Positions 29,960-43,389 of a stretch of 64,000 nt of DNA are shown one piece after another. Source of the DNA: the human T2T-CHM13v2.0 reference genome, Homo sapiens. The translations under genes and the position numbers were made by a program. The notes below the pieces were generated by a model that did not search any database, had not been told where the DNA came from, and saw nothing but the letters and a program-made list of their open reading frames with translations. How positions within the stretch are numbered: the stretch's first letter is position 1; each line of letters begins with the position of its first letter. The DNA is taken from assembly GCF_009914755.1 (NCBI RefSeq), contig NC_060941.1; one strand, 5' to 3'.

Positions 29960-30999
29960 TCTTGGGAAGCAGCAGTGGCCAAGCAGATGGAGCCCCTGCC
30001 CGTTTGAAGCATAGAGCGTGGTAGGTGAGCAGACGTTACAGAAATGATTGCCTAGATATGGATTTATTTGTAATGTGAGCTATGAAGGAAAAGGTAGCGG
30101 GAAGAAAGAGGGATGCGAGCCCTTCTACTCTTTTAAGGGAGGGCCTTTGGGGAGGTCTTTCCAGCTGAGGGCACAGCCCAGGCAAAGGCTCAGAGGCAGA
30201 AAGTGCAGGAGTGTGTTGTGGGTGGGGAGGCTACCAGGCACCTGGTGTGTGCCCGGGGAGAAGTCAGAAAAAGGCCTGGCCTCGGGGGGCCCAGGAAGTG
30301 GCTTCCAGAGGTGGGGAGAAGGCAAAAGAGAGGACTAAACCCTTTAGTCTGTTTGAGGGAACTCCAGCCCCCAGCATGTTGCTCTCTGGGGGATCCAGCA
30401 GGGCCAGGTGGGCAGTGGGAGCACCCTAGCCCCAGGTGCTACCTTCCAGCCTGGGGCCAAGCCTTTTCCCTTTCTCTCATTTGCAGCTTTCTGATAGGTG
30501 GGAAAGAGAAGCAGGAAAAAAGAGCAGAGGAAAAACAATATTTTCATTTCAAACACAGATAGGGGTGAGGGAGGCGGGAAGTAATCTGGTTTATGATACC
30601 TTTGAGACAAGCACAGAAAATCCCCACCGTGGCCCGAAATAGCACTAAAACAGACGTTTTGCCAAATCAGACTTAATTGAGTGGCTCTCTTCTTGACTCC
30701 AGCAGGATGTGGCTGGAGCTGGCTTTGTTCCCTTGGGGTGACACTGTCCCCTGGGGCCCCTGCCCTGGCTAATTAAACAAAGAGGACCTGGTCTCCTAGG
30801 CAGGACAGGAGCCTGGGGAGCTGAACTTGACAGCCCTTGGCCTCTGCCTGAGAGGGCCAGAAATGGTTACAGGGGTTGGGAAGGTGGGGGGTTCCTGACA
30901 GGAGGGCCAACTGAGTGAAAGCATTGGTGGGAGAGGCCTGGTTCCTCTAATATGTGAATATCTGTCTCTTTGGATGCTGAAAGGGATGGAGAAAAGCCA

Positions 31000-31180
31000 G
31001 CATTGAGTGCCTACTATTGTGCCAGGCATTGGGTGGTCCTCGCTAAGTCTTATTAACTGCCCTATATCCATTATCAAGGAAACTGAAGCACAGAGAGGTT
31101 AAGTGATCTGCCTGAGGTCACACAGCAACCAAGTGGCAGAGCTAGGATTAGAAATCACATCCGCAGGCTCCAAAGCCAGG
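31000..31180. mobile_element. MIR
   Basis: AGGAAACTGAAGCACAGAGAGGTTAAGTGATCTGCCTGAGGTCACACAGC. Confidence 0.8.
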
Positions 31181-33079
31181 CCCTGCCTGCTGCTTACCCC
31201 CTTCCCCATGTTAGTCACTCATCCATTCGGGAGCTAATTCCTGGCTATGAAATAATATTGTGACCTTGTGGGAAGTGAAGGCTTGCAGTCAGACAGCCAT
31301 GAGCTTGGCTTCTGACCAAAGCAGTTTTTCTTTTCATGGTTTTCTCCCTCAGAACCTCCTCTTTCCTCATCTATCAAGTGGGCATAATCATGCCTTTATC
31401 CTGGAGTTGCTGTAAGGGTTAAATTCAGCACAGAAAGGGATGGAAGGGGAAGGAGGAGGTCCTTGGGCCACCCAGCTTGGCAGGGTGCAATAAAAGAGTC
31501 CTAGGTAGAGGGAGCCAGGCAAGATTGCAATATCTCTGTGCCTATCAGTGTTGGGTTTCTTTATTTGAAAGGGGAGAGAGGGCAGACTCCACTCTGCAGG
31601 TAGAGAAGGTGGTGTGGAATGCGGGTATTTATTTTTCTTTGCCTGTGAAAGCCCTGTTTTCGCTCAGGCTGTGTAGGGCTTCCCGACACTGCCATGGGTG
31701 CGCACATCTGCACACTCTGGGGTGCCTGCCATGCAGAGGCATCTGCCCAGGGTGGGCACTGAGGGCATCCACCATGTGACGCCCCCGTGCAGCCTGTAAG
31801 CTCTCATCACAGTGCCTGGGATACCTGGGAGTCCCCAGAAAGAGTGAGGATGGGTGAGGGCCATGAAACCAGGGCATCATTCCTCCACCTCCTCTGATCA
31901 GGCAGGCCCTCCTGGTCCCATTCATCTCCTTATCTCCTGGCAGCCAGTGGGTTGCTGGGAAGGCAGGGGCAGCCTTCCTGATTGACAAACAAAACAAGCT
32001 TGATCACAAAAGGAGAGGGGAGACTGGCTGGGCCTCTCCAGCTCCCCTCCCCGTGCCCCAGGCATCTTTCTTGCTCCACCCAACTGGCACCCTACATTCT
32101 AAGATGCTGCGAGGGGGCTCCAAAGCCATTGTCGAAGGTCAGGCCACCCAGGCTAGGAGCCCCTTGCACTGGGGAGGTGGATTCAAGGAGTGATGGGGTT
32201 GCCATGAGGCGGCGCTTGCTGCAATGGCCGCCCCTCCTTCCCTTCAGCTGGCTGGGCAGGCAGCTTGGAGAGGAAGCCAGGCGGCAGGTAGCTGAGAAAG
32301 ACATCGGATCCAGGGGGAGCAGCAGAGAAAGCAAACAAACAGGGCTTTGTGTGGCTGCAGATTGGCGGCTCAGAAGGGAAGCCAGGCCTGTGGTAGGGGG
32401 AAGGGAGAGGAAGGAACGGGAGACCAGGCCATTGCTCTGGGCCAGAGATCGGCGGCTGGACCAGCCCGGGCTGGGCGGCCGGGAAGTAGCGAGTGCCACT
32501 ACGTGTGGACAGGCATCTGGAGTCACAGCCTGGCCGAGTCCCAGCTCTGCCACTTCACTCCTTAACAGATCTGGGCTTGTTTGCCCACCTAATCTGGGCA
32601 GTCATTCACACGTAGGACTCGCTGGCTTAGGAGGAGAGTCACCTGTCCTGGCCCAGTCAGTGTCTGCTCTCATCCTACCCTTGTCCCGTCATTGCTGGCA
32701 GGACACAGAATCAAAGGGATTCAGGGTCTCCTGGGAGCTGCTAGCCTTGCCGGGTCTCCTGGGAGGGCAGCGACTTCTGCTTAGATCTGTGGGCACTTTG
32801 GAGTCTTTGACCGGGGAGGCAGCCGTGCTGAGGGGAAACGGGTTCTCTGCCCAATAACGGATGCCTGGGGTGTAGGTGGGCAGAGGCTGGCATCAGGCCT
32901 GAGGAACCAAACTGCCCCCTCCTCGTCGCGGTGGAGACGCACGAGGTGCGGGGAGGAACATAGCCAGGAAGACGGGCCTTCCTGTGGGGAGGGAGGGGCA
33001 TCTTTTCTGGGGTGTGAGTCACATTCTGGATCCCAGCGAGGGCAGCCCCCAACCTGGCCCACCTCTCAGAGGGCTGGGA

Positions 33080-33720
33080 GGGCCCGGGCCTCGAGGAAAG
33101 GCATAGGTAGGAGCTGTCAGGCCAGACGCCCGGGCAGCTCCACGCTCGCCTCCGAGGCCATTTCCTTTCCTCTCTCCCCGACCTCGAGAAGGGGCGGCGA
33201 GAGGGCAAATGCCCGCGCTTCCTGCCGGTCCCGCCCCTCCCCGCCCGCGGCGCCCACCATCTTGGCCGCGCCGGAGCCTCCTCCGCGGTGGCGTCCCACA
33301 GGCCGCGGTCGGGGCCCGCGACGCCGACGCCGGGAGGGGGCCCGGGACCTTCGGGGCGCTGAGGCCAGGCGGGGGGCGAGGCGGGGCGGGCCGCTCGCGT
33401 CGCCATGGCAGCGCCCGGCCCGGCATGCTTCGCGGGGCCGCGGGGCGGGGCGGGGTGCTGAGGCCCCGCCCCCTGGCGGATCCCGGGTCTTTTTCCGGGA
33501 ACGCGGGGGCTTCCAGTCCCAGCGTTGCGGCCGGCGCTTGCGGGTTACCGGGCCAGGCGGCGCGCATCTCTGGGCCTCGTTCTCCCACTCCCTGGATGTT
33601 TGGGGATAATGAAAGAGAGTCTGTGCGGGTTAGCCTCGGGACGGGCTCTGCTTACCGAGCCCGGCAACCCCACGGCAGGGGCCTCGGGAAGCCGCTTCCG
33701 AGGGCCAGGATAATGGGGAG
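33080..33720. promoter_or_regulatory. CpG island 2 (promoter- or enhancer-like)
   Basis: CpG-dense; tandem GGGGCGGGG boxes at about 33381-33473; YY1-like ACCATCTTG at 33256-33264. Confidence 0.8.
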
Positions 33721-34147
33721 ACTGGACCCCTACCGCTTGGGGGCTATTAAAAGTGGAGGCCAGGCGGCCTCTCAGCTGCAGTCTCTGGGTCTCGAGCTCT
33801 TCCCCGGAACTGTCCATGGGTCAGTGAGGACCTACCCTTTGCCCTAGGGCAGGAGAAAGAAGGGGGCCGGGACTGCACACCTCACCCGGTCCAGGCCTGG
33901 ACCCTGCAACCTCGGCCGGCCTCCCTCCAGCCCAGGAGCACAGGCCTCCCCTAGTTGGCAGTCGTTGGACTGTCTGGCTGGGAGGCACATTCCTACCTCC
34001 TGAGCTCGGGCACCCCGCCTGCCCTGGGGGAGCCTCTTCCAGAACTTTGCTGCCAACACTGCCCTGTCCCCACCCGGCCTTCTCGTGCCCTAAGTCCCTA
34101 GTTACTACTCCACAGCCGCCTTCTTTCCCCTGGTCTTTCTCTCTCTC

Positions 34148-34437
<290 letters not shown>

Positions 34438-37400
34438 TCCCCTAGTCTCTTAAGAGGCACCGATTCAGCTACCCTTTGTCACCTCCTACCTGTACTGAGT
34501 AGGCAGCTAAATTGAATGTCGGCCTTTGGGTCTCCGAAGGGAGGCTGTATGCTGGTTGAGAGGCTGTCCTCGCGCCTTTCTCCCTCCTCACCCAGGGCAC
34601 ATGCACAAAGAGGCTGAGAATCGGCTACAGTTGCAGCAGAAGAGACTCAGGGTTGCCATCGGAAAGAACTTCCCAGTCCTAAGCATTTTGTTCTTAGTGA
34701 AATTGTCAGATTATTGATATGTTGGTTGTAGAGATATCCAAAAATACAAGAAAAAAGTAAAAACTTTATAATTCCACCAGCAGTATATAACTACTGTCAA
34801 CATACTTTCTGTAGATGTATGATAAACCACTTATGATACATCTACGGAGTCATGCTGTATATTTGGTTTTGTAAGGCACTTGGTGGTTTTAATAGCTTTT
34901 TTCTCACTATAAAAGGAGGACAGGCTTATTATAGACTTTTGGAAAATATGACAAATTAAAAAAAAATTCACCCGTACTCTCAGTCTCCAAAGGCAGCCAC
35001 AGTTGTCTTCCCTCAACCCCCCCACCACCCGTTCATGGGGTTTTTCGCTTTGTGTTTTTTGTCTGTTTAGGTATGCCATCATTACTTCTGTATATAGCAG
35101 TTGATATTCCGCTTTTCTTACTTAATGCTGTTTAAGATGCTCCTGAACCACGTTCTTGGGAGAACTTCCGAGATGAGGCAGACATTTCTGGGGGTGATTT
35201 GTTGGACTGGCTGTTCACTTTCTGAGTTTGTCCTCTCCCTACCTGTAGCCCCCCGACAGAGCCCTTCTCCATTGCCAGTAACCAATGATATGCAGCTTGG
35301 GTCAGGGGGTCCTGCTTGCTGGGGGCCCAGGAGGCTGCCTAGTGTGGACAGGGACATGCAAGACTCATGGCCCGATGCTGAGATCTGGGCTCCAATAGTA
35401 AGGGGCTTTACTCTGGCCCAGATATGCCAGGTTTCAGGGAGGTCTCAGACCTTGGCCTCATCCTCATTCGGGGCCTCCTTTGCCTGGGCACACTCAGACC
35501 CGAGGCCCCTTGTCGATCCTGTGACCCACCTTCTGCTTTGACTTCCTAGGAGTTGGTTTCTGCTGCCCTTGGCTCCTCAGCCCCTCTTCTCTAGCCTCTC
35601 TCTGGAGGCATGCAGGCTTGGCACCAGCACAGCCTCCCTCTGCCCAGCTGCCCCTTGGCCCTAGCTACAAGCTGCCCTTGCCCTGACCTATCCCTACTGC
35701 CAGGCCTGTCTCTTCTCCCCTATTCCAGAACGGTTCAATTCTAACACATCCAAGCCCTGCGTGAAACAGGCCTTGGGAAATCACAGTTGCCAGGGACGGT
35801 TTGGCATTTAAAAGGCATCCAAGGCTTTGGGGAAAAAGCTGAAGAGACAAGAGGATGCAGGGCCCTGTATCAGAACAGCATCTGGATTTACTGGATGGAA
35901 AAATCACAGAATGCCCCTTTCCTCGGGAATAACAGTCCTGGCCGAGGGGCAGCGGGTGTGGCATGGGCACGCCATGCCCTGCCTGGCCACCACCTGCCAT
36001 CACCGCTGTGTACTCTCAGAAATGAAAAGATTAGGGAAAAGATTAGGGAGGGACATTGTCAGCCTGCAGCCAACGGCCCGCTCTAACAGGTTTATTCAGT
36101 TGTAAAATATTTAAGACCTGTTTCACTTTACCTGTATCCAGGAGGCAGCCAGGCTGGGGCCGAGATTGATGTGCTGAACATGATTTATTTATCTGGATTT
36201 GCTCTTGTGGTCTGGGTGTTACCTGGGTGTGGAATTTAACCAAATGACAAGATGGGTTTGCGTGTGTTCCTGAGCTTGGGGATTGTGTGTGTGTAAAAAG
36301 TGAGTTGGGGTTTGTGTACATGGCAGGGGGTTGCTGTTAGGTGGCTTGTGTGTCTGTTTGTCACTGGGACCAACGTGTGGTTGTGTGTGTGTCTGATTTG
36401 GGGAAATGAGCTGAGGGTATGGGTGCTTACACACCAGGCAGTATCCACAGCAGGTCACACGTTCTTTGTGTGTTGGGGGCACCTCTGTGTGTGGCCGAGT
36501 AGCTGTTTGTGTGCATGTCCTGTGGTGTGAGACCTGGATCTCTCTCACCCACTTTTCATCAGTGGTGGGGCATTGCGCACTGACTGAGTTGCTGGGGCAT
36601 CTGCTTTTCCATCCGGCCCTGGGTGAGCACTGACAACACCTGACTGTCTTCCAGTAGAACTGGGCCTTCCTGCCCTGCAGTCCAGAGACTAGAGGGAGTT
36701 CGGTGGTCAAGGTGGTCCAGGCCCACAGCCATAGCCCTAATGCAAAGCATGGCTCCTACTCCAGTGCGCTGCTGTGGGGTGACCCTGCTCCTCCTCCCTG
36801 GACCTCAGTTTCCTCTTCTGCTGCAGAGGGCAGGCGCCCAGGTCCCTGTGGCTGCTCTCACACACGGGCTTCTGGGTGGCTCATGGCAGGCTTAGGGCAT
36901 TGGGCTGGGGTTTGTCTCCTGCCACTCAAGAGTTGAGTCCCACCAGTACTCAAGAACAGCAAGGAATGATGGGAAAATCCCTGCTTTGGGGCCCAACTCT
37001 GGATTCTGGGCGTTGTCTCTGTCCCCCATCTAGGCCCAGCCCTGGCCCAGTAGTCAGGAAAGCGGCAGACAACCCTGTAACAGCCCTCGGTCTCCCCCTC
37101 CCCCCACACCCCTTTATATTGAATGTGTCTGTCACTACTTTCCTAATGAGGCTGCTGAGGGCCCCCCTGGGGCAGATACCTTTGCAGACCGGAGGTGAGG
37201 GGGTGGGCCAGCCTCAGGGTCAGGACAGGAAGGGGAGCTGAGCCCTTCCCCTGCCTGCACCCCCAGGCCAGCTCAGCTGTGGAGGCATTGAGGCCCCTCT
37301 CAGCCCCTGAGCCAGCTGTGAGTGGGCATGAGAGCTTGGGGAGGTAGGAAAGCTCACCCCAGGCACTGAGTTTTCTTTGGCGCTGTGACTCTGTAGTAAT

Positions 37401-38879
37401 AATACTTCCACCTGGTCGATATCTATGTTTGGAGGCCTACTGTGTGCCAGGCACTGAGATCAGCCATGATCTGGATGGACACACAAAATCCCTGCCCTTG
37501 AGGGAGGTGTGGCCAAAGGAAGAAAGACATTAATCAAAGAATCAAGTGATCTGAGTCGTGCATTCATGCATGGGAATGCCGGCTGATCACAAGCCAAGAC
37601 AGAGGCCAGGCAGAGCTTCTCTGATGGAGACAGGGAGTCCTGTGCTTAGACTGGGGGCTGATCCAGGCACTGGGTAAAGGCTCAGCCGGGATTGAAGGAA
37701 TCAGGAGACCCAGATTCTTGCTGTGTGGCCTCAGGCAACTGCCCACCTTCTCTGGGCTCCTAGAGGCTGGTGGCTTCCTTCTGGCTCCCGTCACCTCTGA
37801 GTGGAACTCAGGCAGTATATGTCTCCTCTTCAGTGCTTTTTGCGCTCCCTGCCAGGGCCCTCAAGACATCTGTCGGCAACATCCTTGACTTTGGAATGCT
37901 GGAGGCACTGCCCCAGGGGACGCCTGGAGCCAAGCACAGCACCGCTGCCTCAGGCCCCACCTGCCAGTTCCTCTGGGCCCTTTTGCTCTCACAGAGCCAC
38001 CTGGATCGAAGAAAGCCTGGAAAACATTAAATTGAAGAATTAGTCCCCTATTTTGCCCCAAAATTGCAGAGAAAAGCATTTATTCATGCATTCACTCATT
38101 CATTTGCTTGACTAGTGTTTCCTGAACACCTAGTAATTGCTGGGCACACTGCACTCCATGTTGGACTGAGATGGCAAAGTGGTGGTCCTCCTGCCACGTC
38201 CTGACCACAGACCTGTTTTGAAAGCCCATCCATTGTCGGGGGGCCGGGGGGGGGGGAATCAAATGAATTGCCAGTGAGTAATCGTTGAGTGACTTCATTT
38301 CCAATTTCCAGTTTACATTTCTTCTGGATTATTCTACCCTGCTTCCCCCGGCCACAGTTGGTGGAGATGGCTACTGTCTGCCGGGTAGGATGGCCCACCC
38401 AGCCCACCAGCTGGTCACGGTCCCATCCCCCACCACTCCACCCCACCCTGTGCCTCTCCTGGTCATGTCACACATGATAGTGTGGCTTCCTAGTTATGAG
38501 CCCAGCCTCAGGAGCCAGACTGTCGAGGTTCAAAGCTCACTGTGGCTTGTGGGACCTTGGGTGTCCCCCTCCAAGCCTCAGATTCCTCTTGTGTAAAATG
38601 GGATCACAAGAGCAAGTATCCACTACTCCTGGGGCTCTTGGGGAGATTAAGTGAGAAAATTTATGCTAAATCCTTAAAACTCACATAAGCCTTGGCTGCT
38701 ATCGTTGTTGAATAAATGAACCACTTGCAGGCTGAGACCGGGGCTGTGTGTCACATGGCACCTCTAGGCCTCAGTTTCCTCAGCTGCTTCTTTGGGAAAG
38801 CACATCTGCTCTCTAGGTTGGGCCTCCTCCCTCGTCCTTCAAAGACCTATTCTTGGGGCCTGGGCCCTGTGAAACCTCT

Positions 38880-39490
38880 GGCTCTCGGACGCAGCCTGGA
38901 ACCCCTGAGACGAGGTCAAGCTCCGCGGCCCGCCTCCTGTCGCCCGGCCCCAGGCGGGACTGCCTTGGCAGGACTCGGGCCGCGAGCTGGAGGCGCGGCT
39001 CCCGGCTCGGGGCTCCAGCGGCCGCGCCCCGCCGCCCCTCGGCGTTCGCGCGCAGCCCCTGCGGGGGTGGCCGCCATCAAAGCGTCTTCTCGTTCTTATG
39101 CTAATGAGCCCCATTAAAGCTTAATGGCTGCGAACGCGCGGGTTTAATTGCACCTGCCCGGGCCTGAGGCGCGGCCGGCCGCGGAAGCAGCTGCGCGCCG
39201 GCCGGGACGGCCTTAATTACCTGGAAAACGACGCCCGGCGGGGAGGGGAGGGGATGGGAGAGAAGAGGAGAGCAGCGGGGCCTCCGCGAGGCCGGGCCTC
39301 GTCCGCCGAGGCCGCAGTCCGGCCCCTCTCGTCCTCGGGGCGCGGCGCGTTCGTTTCATTAATTTATCGCCCTGCCTCGGCGGAGATCCGCTCGCCCGCT
39401 CCCCGGCGTTCAACCGCGCCGGCTTCGTGCTCCCCCGCGCCGTCCCCCGGCCATCTTGGGCTTGGCATTCAAGGCCCTTCGGGACCGCTG
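38880..39490. promoter_or_regulatory. CpG island 3, homeodomain-motif-rich (candidate developmental enhancer)
   Basis: CpG-dense with embedded TAAT/ATTA clusters, CATCAAAG and GCCATCTTG. Confidence 0.75.
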
Positions 39491-40213
39491 CTGCCACTGA
39501 CCCAGTGCCACCCTGCTCTGCACGAACAATAATAATGGTGGTTGCACATTACGTGCCAGGCGCTCTTGAGGGTTGAATGTGACCTCGCAGAGACCCCAGA
39601 TGCCTCATCTCGGCCTTACTCCCCTCGTCTTTAGAAGCTGGTACCTCTGCCTGCAACAAAGACCCCTCTCCCTCCTCGCTCATCCTCCCTGAAACCCACC
39701 CCTGCGCCTCCAACAAGATGAGCCCCTGTCCTCCTGGGATGGGATTGGGGATGGGTCTGGGCCCTTTGTTGAGGGGTGGGCTAGCCCATGGTGAAGGTTG
39801 TCTGGGTGTGTCCTCCCTCTGGACTGACATTTCACTGAGGCCAGTCTGCCTGACTGCCCTATCTCTGCATGCCCCTGCCATCTCCCTGGGGATGGCCCTG
39901 GGGTTGTGGGGGCTGCACTGCTGCCCTGAGCCTTCTGCCTAGGCAGGGGGCTGTGAGACTGATGGGAACCTCAGGGAAACCTTGAGACCTAATGGTATTC
40001 TCTGTGGGACTTCCCTGTGCTCCTCCCCACCCCATCAAGTGATCCTGGGATAGGCGCCTGCCCCTCCTCTCTCCCTCATTCCCTTCTCTCACTCTTCTCT
40101 TTTTGCAGAGGGAAGGAAAACGGAAGAGGGAATAGACAGACCGCTCATGCAGTTTTTAGATGGTCCCCTTTCCCTCCCCTCTCTCTTCCATGTCCCCTTG
40201 TACCCAGCCCCTC

Positions 40214-40375
40214 TTTTTTCTTTCTTTGAAGACCGCATCTTGCTTTGTTGCCCAGGCTGGAGTGCAGTGGTGCGATCATGGCTCACTGTAGCCCTCAACC
40301 CGTGGGCTCAAACAACCCTCCCACCTCAGCCTCCCAAGTAGCTGAGACTACAAGGTGTGCACCACCATGCCTGGT
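40214..40375 (-). mobile_element. Alu right monomer (FRAM/truncated AluJ)
   Basis: Single antisense right arm; flanks GCCCCTC(T/C)TTT. Confidence 0.85.
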
Positions 40376-42252
40376 TGCCCCTCCTTTCTGCCCCTTCCAG
40401 TCCCATCCCTCCTCCCTTTGTGCGTCTCAGAGACCAAAGCCTGAAGCATTGCACAGTGCCCACTGGGAGGCCACCCAGCCCTGGTCCTGCCTGTGTCAGG
40501 CAATGCTGAGAGCACAGAGGGGAGTCAGACTTGGGCTCTGCCCTCCAAGGACTCCAGTCGGGGAGGCAGCGCTCGAAAGGAATACTTGTCCTCTAATGGA
40601 AAAAGGACCAATTTAAAGGAAGCAGAGAACAGTCTTTGAGCTCAAACTGGGAAGGCTGGGAGAGGCTTCTAAGCTCAGCCTGGAAGGAAGGATAAGTGTG
40701 AGCTAATTGGCAGGAATAGCATTCCAGGTAGGGAAACAATTGGAGTTCAGCCCTGGCTAGGGCAGAACACTGGCTGACATGAGGGGAGAGGGAGTAAGGG
40801 ACAACCACAGAAAAACTGAGCTCACTCCAAAGTGTGGAGGCATGAGGCTGGAGAGGTGGGCAGAGGGTCCTCTGTTGCCTAGCAACCTTCACTGCCTCCC
40901 TATTGCCAAGAGGACCAAATTCAGACCCTTCAGTTGGCACAAAAGCTTGTACCACCCACCTCATCCCAGGATGCAGCCTATTATCTTCAGCTGGGTTCCT
41001 CACTACCAGGCCAAGCCTCGGATGATGATTGTGAGCCTACTGTATATGGGAAGGGGGGATAAGCAGTGACCCCATCAGGGCTAATAGCAGTGGGGCCTGC
41101 TGCCCAACTCCATGCCCCTTCTCCCATTCTTGTCCCCAGATGTCCTTGCAGACAAAATGGAGGTGAATGGGCAGGCTGCCAGGAGCGTCAGGTGGCATCA
41201 CAGCCGGGTAGACAGTCGTCACTGATTAATGAGGTGGTAGAAACCTAGAGGGAGGTCCCTACTGGCATGCCTCGGGGTTCTGCCCTTGCTCTGGTCAAGG
41301 CAAGGAATGAGGCTCACAGGGGTTTAGCACCTCCCTGCCAGGCTATGTGAAACTCTTGGTATCCAGTAGTTTATCACCAGCCATGAGGTGGCTTCTCTTA
41401 ATATCTCATTTTGCAGATGCAGACACTGAGGCCAGTCGGGGTGAGGAGTGAGCTCAAAGTCACTCATCTCCGAGGTGGCAAAATTAAGCCTCAAACCCAG
41501 GGCTGTGTGACTTCAAAGCCTGTGTTTGTAACTGCGGAGCTGTGCGGCATCAGTAATGCATCTGCTGCTGCTGCCAGACGTGAGGAGGTGGGGCCCTGCC
41601 TTTCAACTTCATCTCTCTGACAGTGGTTAGCACTGTACTTTACGTGTAGTAAGTGCTCAATAAATGCTTGTGGACTGGATGATTGGGGCAGTAAGCAGTG
41701 AGCAGGGCTCAGAAGCAGTGGAGAGGCTCCATCACTCTTCCTCCCAACCTGCACCTCCACCCCCAGGAGTTGGACAGCGGCTGTAAGGGGACTTGGAGAC
41801 TCAAGGCTTCCAGGCAGGGAGTGGGCTCACAGGAGGCTAGGGAGGATCCAACTTCCTGTCCAGGTCAGGGTCAGGAGGACAGCCGCGCCCCCTACTGCCC
41901 CGCTGGGAGGCCAGGCTGACGTAGGAAGGCTGCACTGCAAGTCAGAATCATCAGCAAAACCTGGGGAATAGAGCGTGTGAGGGTTTCCATGCAGGGTGGG
42001 GACTGCTTTCTGATCAAGCCCCTAGGCCAAAAACCTTTGGAAGGGACTCTCTGAGGGCAGTGCATTCTTGTAGCGTCGGGAGCAGGAGTTCTCCCATAAC
42101 CTTTTTGGGGTGGGGACCCACCTGTGGCTCTGGAAAGGTGTTGGCTCCGGCTCTGGGGCTCAGGGGGAGGGGGCCATTGGTGGGCAAAACAAGCATAGTG
42201 AAAACTGAGGCTCATAGAGGTTAAGGTCACAGAGCAGAGCTGGGTCTGTTTT

Positions 42253-42420
42253 CTTTTTGTTTCTGTTTTAGTTGCAACAGGGGCTTGCTCTGTTTGCCGA
42301 GGCTGGAGTGCAGTGGTATGATCATAAATCACTGTAGCCTCGATCTCCTGAGCTCAAACGATCCTTCCGCCTTGGCCTCCCAAAGTGCTAAGATTACAGG
42401 CATGAGCCTTCATGCCTAGC
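42253..42420 (-). mobile_element. Alu monomer (FRAM/FAM-like)
   Basis: TSD CTGGG(T/A)CTGTTTTC at 42240-42253 and 42420-42433. Confidence 0.85.
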
Positions 42421-43389
42421 TGGGACTGTTTTCAAACTCCACCAACCCCTTTTCTTTTGTTCCATTCCACTCTGCCCAGAACCTTCGTCTGGCTTCCCAG
42501 AGGGCCCAAGTCCTTGTCTTCAGAGGTCCTGGCTGGGGAGCCTTAGAGCATGGTCTTCCCTCACTCCAGGCTTCTCGGGTCTCCCTATTGGGGACTGACC
42601 GTGGGAGCAGTGAGCCACCGTGCACCAGGGCAGCCCGGCTCCTCGGGGGGTGGCCCAAGCAGTCAGGGCGGCAGGCTTGATGGGCCAGGGCCTGGGGACT
42701 CTGCCATGGTGGACCATTGTGCCCTTGCCTGGCTTGCCAGGAAAGTGGAGTGCGTGTGCTCACCCTTGCTTCTGAGGGGCCTTCCTGAGGCAGAGGCTGT
42801 CCCTGGACACCCAGTGCTGTTGAGGCAGCTGGGGACACTCAGACCATGGTGGACAAAGACTTGAAGTCTCGTTTCAGCCCTGCACAAGGTGTGACCTTGG
42901 CTCCAGCACTGCTCCCTCTGGGCCTGTCTCTTTCTCAGCAGAATCTGGGACTGGCCACATCATCTCCAGGGGTTCTAGCATTGGACGCCTGAAAGTGGAC
43001 AACATGGCAGTGTGAGGGGGCTCTTTGTGGTGGGGTGGTCAGAATGGCCCTCCATGTGGGGGGCTCTTTGTCTCCCCAGGGCAGTCCTTAACCACCAGCC
43101 AGCCTCCCCAGGCACCCGTGCCGGGCAGTGGGGTGTGTAAAGGCCTGGCACACACAGACAGGAGTTCCGATCTCAACTCCATCCTCATGAGCTCTGTGAC
43201 CTTGGTGAGTCCCTTTTCTGTGTAGCCTTTAACTCTCATCTGGAACGCAGGATATGCATAGTCCTGACATCAGGACGTTACCATGAGTAGTAGGTGAAAC
43301 TCCCACTTCAGGTCCTTCGCCTGGTGTCCAGGGCATGGGAGGAGCTAATACGTGGCCTCTGCTGCTTGTGTTGTTATTGGTGGTGGTGT

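Noticed and set aside
31982-32857. 291-aa ORF with internal GCCATG (MRRRLLQWPP...)
   Set aside because: TTG start, no recognisable domain, and no convincing splice boundaries
33405-33461. Strong Kozak GCCATGG in island 2
   Set aside because: Stops after 18 codons and overlaps GC boxes; no evidence it lies in an exon
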